Shown here: positions 30,151-39,674 of the stretch, piece by piece
How positions within the stretch are numbered: the first letter of the stretch is position 1
Layout: each line of letters opens with the position of its first letter
Source of the DNA: a virus
Lineage: Duplodnaviria > Caudoviricetes
Virus record (IMG/VR): IMGVR_UViG_3300005512_000001
Coordinates: 256,001 to 320,000 of that record
Strand: one strand, 5' to 3'
Length of the DNA stretch: 64,000 nucleotides
Made by a program: the position numbers and the translations under genes
The notes under the pieces: model-generated
Databases searched by the model: none
The model's input: only the letters and a program-made list of their open reading frames with translations
Told to the model about the DNA's origin: nothing

Positions 30151-32309
30151 TGGCAAATGAATTCCATATTTCATTAGGATTGCCTGTAGCGAAATCTCTG
30201 GGCCAAAGTCCTGGTGGGGTTAATACATTTTATGAATCGTCTGGGTTACTGCCTCCTATATTAACTGCTGGTTTGTCGTCGTCTTCGTCGTCTACGTCAT
30301 TTATTAGTAGCTCCTCTAGTTCGTCTGTGAGTTCTAGTTCGTCTGTGAGTTCTAGTTCTAGTGTGAGTAGTTCCTCTAGTTCTGTAGTGTCACCGCCGTA
30401 TAGTAGCAGTTCTAGTTCGTCTGTGAGCTCTAGTTCGTCTGTGAGTTCTAGTTCGTCTGTGAGTTCTAGTTCGTCTGTGAGTTCTAGTTCGTCTGTGAGT
30501 TCTAGTTCGTCTGTGAGCTCCTCTAGTTCGTCTGTGAGCTCCTCTAGTTCGTCTGTGAGCTCCTCTAGTTCGTCTGTGAGTTCTAGTTCGTCTGTGAGTT
30601 CTAGTTCTAGTGTGAGTAGTTCCTCTAGCTCTGTAGTGTCACCGCCGTATAGTAGCAGTTCTAGTTCTAGTGTAAGTTCCTCTAGCTCTAGTGTAAGTTC
30701 CTCTAGCTCTAGTGTGAGCAGTTCTAGTTCTAGTGTGAGCAGTTCTAGTTCTAGTGTGAGCAGTTCTAGTTCATCTACAAGCTCTAGCTCATATGAAAGC
30801 AGCCCATATATGCAGGATATAATAGATAATAGAGGTATCCCAGGCATTGGGCATAATCCACATAACTTTATAGAGCGATATGGCGGAGAAATGGTGCCGG
30901 TATTTAATTATGAGCCCGACCCGCAGACCACTAGGGGTGATTATTATTATAATGCGAGAATCAACCAATTATTTAAAAAGATATGCAAAGAGGGAGAAGT
31001 AAAATATTATTATTGGAGATGTGCTATTACCAATGCGGAGCCTAGACCTGGATATGACGCAGGAGACGTAGAACTTGGAGACCCAGGTTATCCGGTTAAT
31101 CCTGACGGTGGCGGTGGCGGTGGTGGGGGCGAAGATGACAGTCCTGAGACGGTAAAAGCAATCCATACTGCGATTTATCCAACATGGGGCGATGTGCCTG
31201 AACGCAATGATGTTTTTGTTGAGTATGGATTTAATACTGTAATTATGCACAATCTTATCTCTGATTCCACTGATTATTCTGGGTCTCCAGATGCAGCTAT
31301 TGGATGGAGCCTTATCCGGGATTATACTTCTTGGGCAGATAGCCGTAATATGGCTTTCCATCCAGTTATGTCTTTTGCTTATAATGTTGATACATACGGC
31401 AGAGGATTTGAAAAAGGCGTAGGTGAGGATGGTGTTGAGACTCCTTTTGTAAGTCCATGGGATGTAGATTATTGGGATTATCTTGGGGATATTCTTGTTA
31501 GCTTAGCAAGATTTGTTAGAGATTCCGATGACCATCGCGCTGATGGGTTCTTCTTTGACCTTGAAATATATGGTCATTACTACAAAGGCAAGAAACAGCC
31601 GTATCTTGATCGGATTAGTTGGGGGTATGCTGACAATATTTGGGAATCATATTTAGCTTCGATTGGTAGTGGTGCATCTGTACCAATTCGCTCTCAAAGA
31701 AAATCATGGCTTATAGCTAACTCGTCTCTGGATGAATATTACCTGTACCTTGAAGATAATATCGCTGCTTTGGCGAAGAATTTAAAGGATAGGATTCATG
31801 CTGTTAACCCTGATTTTATGATTGGGGTTTACCAATCTCCTAATCGGAATTATTATGATGCGGCTATTGCTAGCGGCTTGAGCGAACCAAACGACCCGAT
31901 TACCGTTTGGGGAACTGAAATGTACATTCCTTGGAAAATTGTAGATGGTGAACTTGTAGTTGGTGTTGACTTATTGCCTACTTTGGTCCCTTATAGTACT
32001 TACTATAATTTGACTAGTCTTTATGGCAAGGAGATTTACGGGTTTTATGTTGGTGGTTTTGTTTTACGCGCATATGATGATTTTGAAGAGCTGCCATATC
32101 ATTTATTTGAGGTAGGGGATAGGTCTTCTGGCTATTGGGTTTATACTGGCCTCTCATTTAGCCAGAGCTACACTTTCTTGCTATCGCATCTGGGCTATGG
32201 ATATATGGTTGAGTGTGATGGTGGCCATCTTTGTTTGGATGAGGCTTCGTATGATGCTAGGGTCGCACAATATCGAGCGATGTTTATAGATGTTAATACG
32301 AGGCTCTGA
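30150..32309 (+). CDS. Ser-rich linker protein with C-terminal glycoside-hydrolase-like (TIM barrel) domain
   Basis: ~170-aa poly-Ser tract; GFNTVI, SPWD, DGFFFDLE, IHAVNPDFMIGVY. Confidence 0.6.
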   Translation: MANEFHISLGLPVAKSLGQSPGGVNTFYESSGLLPPILTAGLSSSSSSTSFISSSSSSSVSSSSSVSSSSSVSSSSSSVVSPPYSSSSSSSVSSSSSVSSSSSVSSSSSVSSSSSVSSSSSVSSSSSSVSSSSSSVSSSSSSVSSSSSVSSSSSVSSSSSSVVSPPYSSSSSSSVSSSSSSVSSSSSSVSSSSSSVSSSSSSVSSSSSSTSSSSYESSPYMQDIIDNRGIPGIGHNPHNFIERYGGEMVPVFNYEPDPQTTRGDYYYNARINQLFKKICKEGEVKYYYWRCAITNAEPRPGYDAGDVELGDPGYPVNPDGGGGGGGGEDDSPETVKAIHTAIYPTWGDVPERNDVFVEYGFNTVIMHNLISDSTDYSGSPDAAIGWSLIRDYTSWADSRNMAFHPVMSFAYNVDTYGRGFEKGVGEDGVETPFVSPWDVDYWDYLGDILVSLARFVRDSDDHRADGFFFDLEIYGHYYKGKKQPYLDRISWGYADNIWESYLASIGSGASVPIRSQRKSWLIANSSLDEYYLYLEDNIAALAKNLKDRIHAVNPDFMIGVYQSPNRNYYDAAIASGLSEPNDPITVWGTEMYIPWKIVDGELVVGVDLLPTLVPYSTYYNLTSLYGKEIYGFYVGGFVLRAYDDFEELPYHLFEVGDRSSGYWVYTGLSFSQSYTFLLSHLGYGYMVECDGGHLCLDEASYDARVAQYRAMFIDVNTRL
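30276..30791 (+). repeat. Tandem 18/21-bp repeats encoding S(5-6)V
   Basis: TCTAGTTCGTCTGTGAGT units; VVSPPY block duplicated. Confidence 0.9.
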
Positions 32310-33485
32310 TTATTGAGAATCGGCTACTTCTTGAATCACATTCCATAATTGGTGTTTCTTAATCCGCTCTTCGAAGATATTTCTGCCATTAGGTGTGTCG
32401 TACTCTATAGATAGTGTTTGGTCTAGTACGATTCTAATAGTATTACGCCAATCCCACCCGGACTCTGCTAGCATTTCTACTGGTTGGTCGACTAAATCGA
32501 CGATGAGTGTGTCTTCTAATATATTGTATATGGCGACTAGTTTTGTGCCTGTAGTATAATCAATTACTCGGCCACGTAATCCTGGTTGATGTTCAAAGAA
32601 TTTCTCAGGTGTATGCCAATGGATGTAATTTTGATATGAATGCCATTGCAAAGCTCTTGGTTTTATAATGGATTCTATGACAACATCTAATTTGTTAGCG
32701 AATGACTCTGTTTGCTCCTCTTCCGTCTTTTTCAATTCATCGGCTTCTTCTGCGGCTTTTTCGCGTTCTATTTGTTCGAGGTCTTCTGCCTCTGCGTCTA
32801 CTTCCGCCTCATGTTCTCGCTCGATATTTTCTGCATCATCAGCACGTTGTTTGGATTGCTCCTTCTTGCGGTTTTTGAACAATTTGGTTTTTATTAAGTT
32901 AGCGATTCGTTTGAGAGTATCTTTAGTTAGCCGTGTTAACGACCGTTTCTTTGAAGGTTCTTTTGGAGGCTCCTCTTGTTGTTGTGCCTCTATTTCCTTT
33001 AGCTTCTGTATTTGGTTTGCAACATCTGGTGCAACTTTTGGTTCTCCAGGATGCTCTGGCGTCTCGTAATCCTGAGTTGCGGGCAATATGTCGGCCGAGC
33101 CTACGCTATGGATAAATCGTTCATCATATTGCCTATATGCTTTAACCCATATCTGTGGTAGGATGCTATAACCAGTCCACCATCTAACTTTCAAGCTATC
33201 TGGTTTCATGATTTTTGGCAGGTATGTATTTAGTTGTTCTAGCTCCTCTTGGCTCAAATAATTAAGGTTGATGGCGGCTACTAGTTTGTTACCAGTACGC
33301 GGATGCAACCACCTGCCAAGAACTAATGCGCGTGGACGCGGGTCATTTTTCGCACGCTCATAATTAAAACGTAATATTCTTGCGGTCGCTTCTAATAATG
33401 GGGTATAATCCTCGTTGTGCTTGAACACTTTGCCAGCAATAGCAGCATCATCGCATTCGATATTTAATAGTTGTTCTAATAACAT
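32310..33485 (-). CDS. Hypothetical protein, possibly virion-associated
   Basis: 391 aa, acidic linker, FANKLDVVIES motif. Confidence 0.6.
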   Translation of the reverse strand: MLLEQLLNIECDDAAIAGKVFKHNEDYTPLLEATARILRFNYERAKNDPRPRALVLGRWLHPRTGNKLVAAINLNYLSQEELEQLNTYLPKIMKPDSLKVRWWTGYSILPQIWVKAYRQYDERFIHSVGSADILPATQDYETPEHPGEPKVAPDVANQIQKLKEIEAQQQEEPPKEPSKKRSLTRLTKDTLKRIANLIKTKLFKNRKKEQSKQRADDAENIEREHEAEVDAEAEDLEQIEREKAAEEADELKKTEEEQTESFANKLDVVIESIIKPRALQWHSYQNYIHWHTPEKFFEHQPGLRGRVIDYTTGTKLVAIYNILEDTLIVDLVDQPVEMLAESGWDWRNTIRIVLDQTLSIEYDTPNGRNIFEERIKKHQLWNVIQEVADSQ

Positions 33486-33793
33486 TATTTATAATCTGAA
33501 TAATCCAAATCTTCAACTACATGGTCACCAGCATCATGCCTTTTTAATGGCTCGGGTTCTAAAACACCACCAACAATTGGTTCAGCAACATCTATACTAC
33601 CAACTGGCAGTCGTTTCTTGGTTTTTGGTTTTGGTTGTATGGTTTTTGGTGATTCCATCACTTGCACTGGCTGCGATGGTTGCACTAACTCTATTGGTGC
33701 ATTTTGTGGGATTCTTTGAAATTTAGATGGTATAGGTAATTTAGGAAATGGTGTTCTTGATGTCACTTCCTTGTTACGCCGTTTTGTATTCAT
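33485..33793 (-). CDS. Hypothetical Pro-rich protein
   Basis: Packed between minus-strand genes. Confidence 0.5.
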   Translation of the reverse strand: MNTKRRNKEVTSRTPFPKLPIPSKFQRIPQNAPIELVQPSQPVQVMESPKTIQPKPKTKKRLPVGSIDVAEPIVGGVLEPEPLKRHDAGDHVVEDLDYSDYK

Positions 33794-35376
33794 ACAATAT
33801 AACCTAATATAGCTATATCCTCATTTGTAGCGGCTCCAGCAGCTATATGCTCTAATAAAGATTGGAACCCATATTCCAGGACCAGTTCTATGCTTTCAAT
33901 CACATCCTCTATTTTTCGTTCTGTGTCTTTTAACCCGCCGCTTGTTCGTAATGCTTCAATCTTCTTATGCAGATTCTTAATTTGACCCCCTGCAAATTGT
34001 TTCGACTTTTGTACTGGAGGTATGTCTGCTATGTTCTTTTGGAGCATCGCCATTAGTTGTTCTAATTTGTCGCCAGCTACTGCTGATGTGAGTGGCGCAA
34101 TTTGCAATGATGCTGGTAGTTTTGGATTAAATGGTTTGTGTGGGATATTGCCGAATGCCGCGTCCCATATTCTTTGGAACTCTTCTGTTTTCCCTTGTTT
34201 TTCAGCTTCAACCCAAATACCTGTGTCTTCTTTATCCTGCTTTACTAATTCTGGTGGCATCTGCCTATGAATAGCATCCGCGTAAGACAATACATTACTA
34301 ATTGCCGTCGGCATTCTTTCAATTCGGGTATCAACTAGATTCGGGTCGAACAATCCTTCGAGTCCATATTGAAGTAGCAATATTTCTGTTTGCCTTTCAG
34401 AAAGGTTGGCTGCTGAGGTTATATGCGATATAGCTATTTTAAGCTTCTTTGTCTTCTCATTCTCTTGAGCTTCTTCCTCGGGTGTTGCTGCCGCCCGTGG
34501 GTCGGGAACGTTAATTGTGCCCTGGCCTTTGCATACATCACACCTGAGTTTTTCACCAGTCTCTGGGTCAATGATTTTACCATCTTCGCATGCTGGGCAA
34601 TCGATTTTAACAGCTACACCCGCGCTGCTTGGGATGGTTCCGGCCATCGATAAGCTTGGGTCTAATGATGATGGTTTATCTAATGATGCGGTTGAATCTG
34701 TAAAACCTCGTTTTCTGGTTGGCGTTCTTATCAAGCCAGCGCCTTTTGCGCCCTTGGTTATAGAGAACATAATCTCTCTTGCAGCATATAATCCGAATGG
34801 TGCATTGCCCATGTCGTTTCTTAACGCTTTTAGAACGCCGTCCTGACCATCTGATATTGCATCATCTACTTGGTACCCGGCCCTCATTCCGCTGTATTGA
34901 AATGCGAATCGCTTAATGACCGGCATCATAGCACCAATAATCTCATCGATGGTCCATGGTTCTTGGGGAGGTGTTGCTTGGTCTAAAATTAGTGGCATCC
35001 ATACTTTAGTAAGACCTTTATAGGTTTTTTCGCCTTTACTTTCGTCTTTGATTATAGGCGTAAAACCTTTTTCTATAGCCTCCTTGTATTTCTCCAGTGA
35101 TAATTTTCGCAGATTTTCTGCGTTTAATTTGGTTGGCACCTTCTTCTGTGTGTTTAATTCCCTTTCCCGGTCCCTCTTAGTCTTTTTGGGTTGTGGCGGC
35201 TTATAATCTAGATCGATAGCCCCAGAAATAGCTAGCTGTTTGATGATATTTTCTATGGTTGAGGTATGGATCGGTTCCTCTGTCGTATTTTTTACATAGT
35301 ATCCTATAGCTTCTGGGTCGTTACCGTATTTGTCGAATCCAGCTTTAATAATGGATATTATATTGGGGTTGGGCAT
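33790..35376 (-). CDS. Sigma-70-family sigma factor with Zn-finger and HTH insertions
   Basis: Region 2 (MPVIKRFA..DDAISDGQDGVLKAL..FGLYA); SLDKP; CPAC..CDVCKGQG; LSERQTEILLLQYGL. Confidence 0.7.
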   Translation of the reverse strand: MPNPNIISIIKAGFDKYGNDPEAIGYYVKNTTEEPIHTSTIENIIKQLAISGAIDLDYKPPQPKKTKRDRERELNTQKKVPTKLNAENLRKLSLEKYKEAIEKGFTPIIKDESKGEKTYKGLTKVWMPLILDQATPPQEPWTIDEIIGAMMPVIKRFAFQYSGMRAGYQVDDAISDGQDGVLKALRNDMGNAPFGLYAAREIMFSITKGAKGAGLIRTPTRKRGFTDSTASLDKPSSLDPSLSMAGTIPSSAGVAVKIDCPACEDGKIIDPETGEKLRCDVCKGQGTINVPDPRAAATPEEEAQENEKTKKLKIAISHITSAANLSERQTEILLLQYGLEGLFDPNLVDTRIERMPTAISNVLSYADAIHRQMPPELVKQDKEDTGIWVEAEKQGKTEEFQRIWDAAFGNIPHKPFNPKLPASLQIAPLTSAVAGDKLEQLMAMLQKNIADIPPVQKSKQFAGGQIKNLHKKIEALRTSGGLKDTERKIEDVIESIELVLEYGFQSLLEHIAAGAATNEDIAILGYIV

Positions 35377-35423
35377 ATGTAATCTCCTAGACTATTTACA
35401 ATAGATTTGACCCGCCAACATAA

Positions 35424-36380
35424 TTATATAACTTTATGGTGTGCGGCGGCACAAGCATTGGCCATAATCTTGGAGGCTTGATGCTCGTTGATAAGCCCGT
35501 TAGACAATGCTAGGTCGAATTCATCATCTATTGTGCATGAGAATTGTACTGGGTCATCAGTATTTATTGTGACAATGCAATTATGTTGCAACATTCTTTT
35601 GATGGGATGGCTACTGAGATTTGTCCAAGCACCAGTGATTAAATTGCTATGCAATGCCAAGTCGAAACAAATATTTAAATCTGCAGCTAATTTTAATATA
35701 TCATTAGTGGCTTGGATGCCATGAGCAATGCGGTTAACCTTCAGTTTCTTTATAGCATCTTTTATGTTGTGTGATTTGCCTGGCATTTCGCCTACATGCG
35801 CACGCATTATCTTATTGTAATATCGCCATTTATCGAATATTGGAACATAAAATTCTGCGTCAAAATAATCTTCATCACCTATTAGGTCTAGGCCGCAAAC
35901 GGCATCTTGGACCTCTGGGTGTTTTATGAGGTCTGCATAGGCCAATTGCTTATTGCGTGGTTTGTGGTACTGTATAGACAGTAATAACCCTATTTGGATG
36001 CCAGTGCTAAATGTGTGTTTTTGGAATAATTCGCTTATAAATTGGATGGCATATAATGGGTCCCATTTATTAGAATTAACATATTTGTCAATAGAGAAGC
36101 TTATTTCAGAATAATCAATACCTTCTGATGCTAAATCATCACATATTTGCTTTATAGATAAATCAATAGCCCACGCTGGCCACTGGATTTCATCTAATAT
36201 TGTGAATTTGTCTAGAAATGCGGCGAAACCGATATTGCTTTCGCTACATTTCATACGTTTTGAAATTGCATCGACATGCGCAGTATTGCCATTGCAGCCC
36301 ATTATTTCAGCAACTGTATGGGCGGAAATCGAGCCGCCCATATGCCTATGGAGGTCGCACTTACTTCTGTTCCATCGCAT
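35424..36380 (-). CDS. add: Adenosine/adenine deaminase family
   Basis: DLHRHMGG, GLDLIGDE, AHVGE, RIAHG, INTDDP. Confidence 0.88.
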   Translation of the reverse strand: MRWNRSKCDLHRHMGGSISAHTVAEIMGCNGNTAHVDAISKRMKCSESNIGFAAFLDKFTILDEIQWPAWAIDLSIKQICDDLASEGIDYSEISFSIDKYVNSNKWDPLYAIQFISELFQKHTFSTGIQIGLLLSIQYHKPRNKQLAYADLIKHPEVQDAVCGLDLIGDEDYFDAEFYVPIFDKWRYYNKIMRAHVGEMPGKSHNIKDAIKKLKVNRIAHGIQATNDILKLAADLNICFDLALHSNLITGAWTNLSSHPIKRMLQHNCIVTINTDDPVQFSCTIDDEFDLALSNGLINEHQASKIMANACAAAHHKVI

Positions 36381-36688
36381 TATATTACTTCTGTGATTGG
36401 GATATTTAATGATTTTATGATGATTTCTAAAATTTTGCGCGAGGTTTCACTGTCGACTTGACAACTATTTGATGCCACCATAACTTCTGAAATAGTTATA
36501 TTAGCTATCGGTTTACATAAATCATAATGCTGATTTATTAAGTTAGCATTTCTAAGTGATGCTACTACTTTGGCAATATATGATTCTGAACCACCAATAT
36601 CATCTGCAATATGCGATATTGACCCGGAACCTTTATTGCAAGAGTCTAAAATCTTTATCGCATAATCCAGCCATTTCTCTTTAATCAT
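36380..36688 (-). CDS. Rrf2-like winged-helix regulator
   Basis: YAIKIL..IADDIGGSESYIAKVVASLRNANLI..Y.L.KP..ITISEV. Confidence 0.7.
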   Translation of the reverse strand: MIKEKWLDYAIKILDSCNKGSGSISHIADDIGGSESYIAKVVASLRNANLINQHYDLCKPIANITISEVMVASNSCQVDSETSRKILEIIIKSLNIPITEVI

Positions 36689-36690
36689 TA

Positions 36691-37215
36691 TTAATCCTGC
36701 ATGTCTTTAATCATGTGCATAATTTCTTGTTCAGTTATTGTAATTATGCGGTCGATTCCTTCATCGATGTGGGGCTCTTCATATTGCTTTTTATGAGCTT
36801 CAGCAATCTTTAACCATTCATCATACCCCCACCCCCTGCCATCGGAATTCGCTCTGCGTGCAGCATGTGCCTCTAGGGCTGATTCTGGAAATTTAATTAC
36901 GTGCACTACGGCGTCCATTGATTTAGCTATTCCAATATACCGCCTTCGCATTGCCCTTGAATAATTGGGCCTGTCAATAATCACGTTGCGTCTTAACAAC
37001 AATGCCATCTGCAAAATCGTATTTTCTACGGATTTATATAGTGGCTTTAAATGCTCATCATATAATTTATAATTATCGCAATGTAATGCGTTAACAATAG
37101 CATCATCATTTATTATAATGCTACCGTATTTTGAAAACTGACGTGAATAAGTGCTTTTGCCACTAGCAATAGGGCCAACAAGAATTCTAACTATCGGACT
37201 CTGCAATTGTGTCAT
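36691..37215 (-). CDS. AAA_33/polynucleotide-kinase-like P-loop kinase
   Basis: LVGPIASGKST, INDDAI, VIIDRPN...RRRY, EEP..DEG. Confidence 0.8.
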   Translation of the reverse strand: MTQLQSPIVRILVGPIASGKSTYSRQFSKYGSIIINDDAIVNALHCDNYKLYDEHLKPLYKSVENTILQMALLLRRNVIIDRPNYSRAMRRRYIGIAKSMDAVVHVIKFPESALEAHAARRANSDGRGWGYDEWLKIAEAHKKQYEEPHIDEGIDRIITITEQEIMHMIKDMQD

Positions 37216-37807
37216 TATTTATGCTTCCTACTGTCTTTTTGTGGATTTCTGGGTTGAAAAATCCAGCCAGTGTAGGTTTAAATACTTCGAACCTTTCGCC
37301 GCTTGTTTCAGATGTAGGAATTAAGATACAATGGTCAGAGTTTGACACTGCTATGATATAATTGCCCTCTGGTACTCTTATAGCGTCAGATACCATAGTA
37401 TTGACATTGATAATCATGCCTTCTTGCAGAGTGTTGTGGTCTTGGTCTATGCTCTCTAGTGCAGTATTTATTTTTTGCTCAAATTTGTGCATGGCTGTTT
37501 CTGGTTTCCGCTTTGGGTGGATGCTATTATTATATATGTGGTTATAGTCACGCACGCTGGGTTTGTACCAATACCCGCCAGTGAATATCCATAAGTCATC
37601 GGCAAAATATAATTCATTGCCATTTTCTAATAATAATTCTGTTTTATTTAACGGGTCATTACGATTTTCTGATGTGGCGGCATCAATTGTGGTGCGAAAT
37701 GATGGCCCTGTATAAATATAAAACGGGCCAACTGGAATATGAAGCCATTGGTCCCAACATGTGCCTTCTGCATCATGTAGCATGTCAATATCCTTGTTGC
37801 AATACAC
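37187..37807 (-). CDS. Hypothetical protein
   Basis: FEQKINTALES motif. Confidence 0.55.
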   Translation of the reverse strand: MYCNKDIDMLHDAEGTCWDQWLHIPVGPFYIYTGPSFRTTIDAATSENRNDPLNKTELLLENGNELYFADDLWIFTGGYWYKPSVRDYNHIYNNSIHPKRKPETAMHKFEQKINTALESIDQDHNTLQEGMIINVNTMVSDAIRVPEGNYIIAVSNSDHCILIPTSETSGERFEVFKPTLAGFFNPEIHKKTVGSINNDTIAESDS

Positions 37808-37896
37808 TTTTATTTATTTTTTATCTCAAATCAAAAATGTTGTATAGCATAGAAATGGTATATATTTAGTCAAAGTTATTGAAAACGGAGCTATCT

Positions 37897-39606
37897 ATGG
37901 CGACGATTAACCCAGATTTGGTACCAACAATTAATCCTGGCGACTTATTTGATAGGTTCACTGAGGACAGTGCATTAAATATCCGGTGGCTTGTTGCTAC
38001 AGACCCAGTATATTATGCAGTTCTCAACCGACCTATAGCTGATACGACTGTTAGGCAGCTTATATTGGCTAAGGCTATTGACGACCTCAATACGTCTCTT
38101 GGGTATCAGGCTATTTTTCCATTTATTGTGCCGCCGCAAGTCAGTGATGGCACTGCTATTGTCGATATTCCTGTCAGAATATTCTGGGATTGCCACACGT
38201 CTGTTCCTGTTAAATGGACGGACCTAAGGCTGGCTAGGATTGATAGATTAGATGGCACTAATGGCAGCGCATATGCTGGGACTTTAAGATTTATTGTTTC
38301 GGCACAACAAGAAGGCGGCACATCATCTGCCGAAATCGCATTATTCTATGCTGATTATGAGATAGATAGCACACTGACATATCAGCGTGTTCGGATTACA
38401 CCAGCTACAGCGGCAGCAGTTCCTGGGTTCACAGTTATTAGCAGCAGTGAGGCCGCAACTATAGATGGCGAGATTATATTTAGGACGCTAGACCAAACTA
38501 CATCAGAAGCACAGACATTCTATGATTTATTGGCTCCTGGTAGTAGTGCCCAATATGAAATTGTAGATTCATCCGGTGATGGCAGCGACCCTGATTTCGA
38601 CCCAAGTCCGATAAGCCATGGCACTGGCATGCTGACGAGTAGTGCATTTAATCTGATTACGCCTGTTGATGCGGACCCAATCACGTGGCTAGAGTCATTT
38701 AATTATCCATTCGATATGGACGTCACACGTACTGCGTCTGATACTAGCGGTGTTACTATTCCAGACGCAATATTCCGAGAATTTAATATAATGGCACCTG
38801 CTGGCGATGAGCCTACGGGTGACACTACTGGGGCATTTTTCCCGGTTTGGGTCAGCAAGATTGAGCGAGATGGGTCAGAATCGACACCTACATTGACGGT
38901 TTATTTTGCAACTTATGGCATTAGCCCTACTGACCCAACGGATGTTATAGAATTTGGAACGTTAACTCTAACGGATGATATGTTAGAAGGCCAAGTTGTT
39001 GGCATAGTGCCTAGTGACCATCTATTCCCTGATGAATCAGGGTCAACGTGGCACCAAGAATTTGGGCGCGGTCATGTGGTGTTGTCTAGCAAATGGGGCC
39101 TTACTGGCGGCGAAATAGATGATTTCTTTAGCAATTTCCCGCTGCTGGTTGGTGCGACATCTAGTGTAACATTTAGTCAGACAACTACTAGGATAGGGTC
39201 ATTTGGAGTTACTAGAGTTCCAAAATACACTCCAACTGCAGGGCAGTCAGCGGCATTGGCCGGAACTTCATCGGAACGAAGCACATCATTAGACCCAGCA
39301 GCAACCAACAGGTATGTTACTGAATTAGATGAGGGTTTGGGCGACACTATTGATTTGGATTCGCAAACCGGTATTACCTCAAATGCTGCTATAAGCAGGT
39401 ATGGGAATATGGCGACCAGATCGCATAAATTGTTTAAACTAGTTGTTGACCCAGAACAAGCATCGGCTGATGATGACCCGACATTCTATGCTGATGATGT
39501 TCTGCCTAGGATTAGGATTCTATTGGGGCGTGACCCTATTTTCGGCGATGTGTGGTATAATGGTAATAGGTTCATGAGATATAATGGGGATTCTTGGCTC
39601 GGGTAG
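37897..39606 (+). CDS. Acidic virion structural protein
   Basis: ATG after GGAG; VLNRPIAD motif; Thr/Ser/Asp-rich. Confidence 0.6.
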   Translation: MATINPDLVPTINPGDLFDRFTEDSALNIRWLVATDPVYYAVLNRPIADTTVRQLILAKAIDDLNTSLGYQAIFPFIVPPQVSDGTAIVDIPVRIFWDCHTSVPVKWTDLRLARIDRLDGTNGSAYAGTLRFIVSAQQEGGTSSAEIALFYADYEIDSTLTYQRVRITPATAAAVPGFTVISSSEAATIDGEIIFRTLDQTTSEAQTFYDLLAPGSSAQYEIVDSSGDGSDPDFDPSPISHGTGMLTSSAFNLITPVDADPITWLESFNYPFDMDVTRTASDTSGVTIPDAIFREFNIMAPAGDEPTGDTTGAFFPVWVSKIERDGSESTPTLTVYFATYGISPTDPTDVIEFGTLTLTDDMLEGQVVGIVPSDHLFPDESGSTWHQEFGRGHVVLSSKWGLTGGEIDDFFSNFPLLVGATSSVTFSQTTTRIGSFGVTRVPKYTPTAGQSAALAGTSSERSTSLDPAATNRYVTELDEGLGDTIDLDSQTGITSNAAISRYGNMATRSHKLFKLVVDPEQASADDDPTFYADDVLPRIRILLGRDPIFGDVWYNGNRFMRYNGDSWLG

Positions 39607-39618
39607 ATGTATTTAAAT

Positions 39619-39649
39619 AAAGCGGGCATTAATGCCCGCTTTTCTTTTT
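39619..39649 (+). terminator. Intrinsic terminator
   Basis: AAAGCGGGCAT-TA-ATGCCCGCTTT followed by a T-run. Confidence 0.85.
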
Positions 39650-39674
39650 ATTGTTTGTGACCCAGTATTAGAGG

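Noticed and set aside
30230-30847. Minus-strand TDELEL-repeat ORF
   Set aside because: It is the antisense reading of the poly-Ser tract in 30150..32309.
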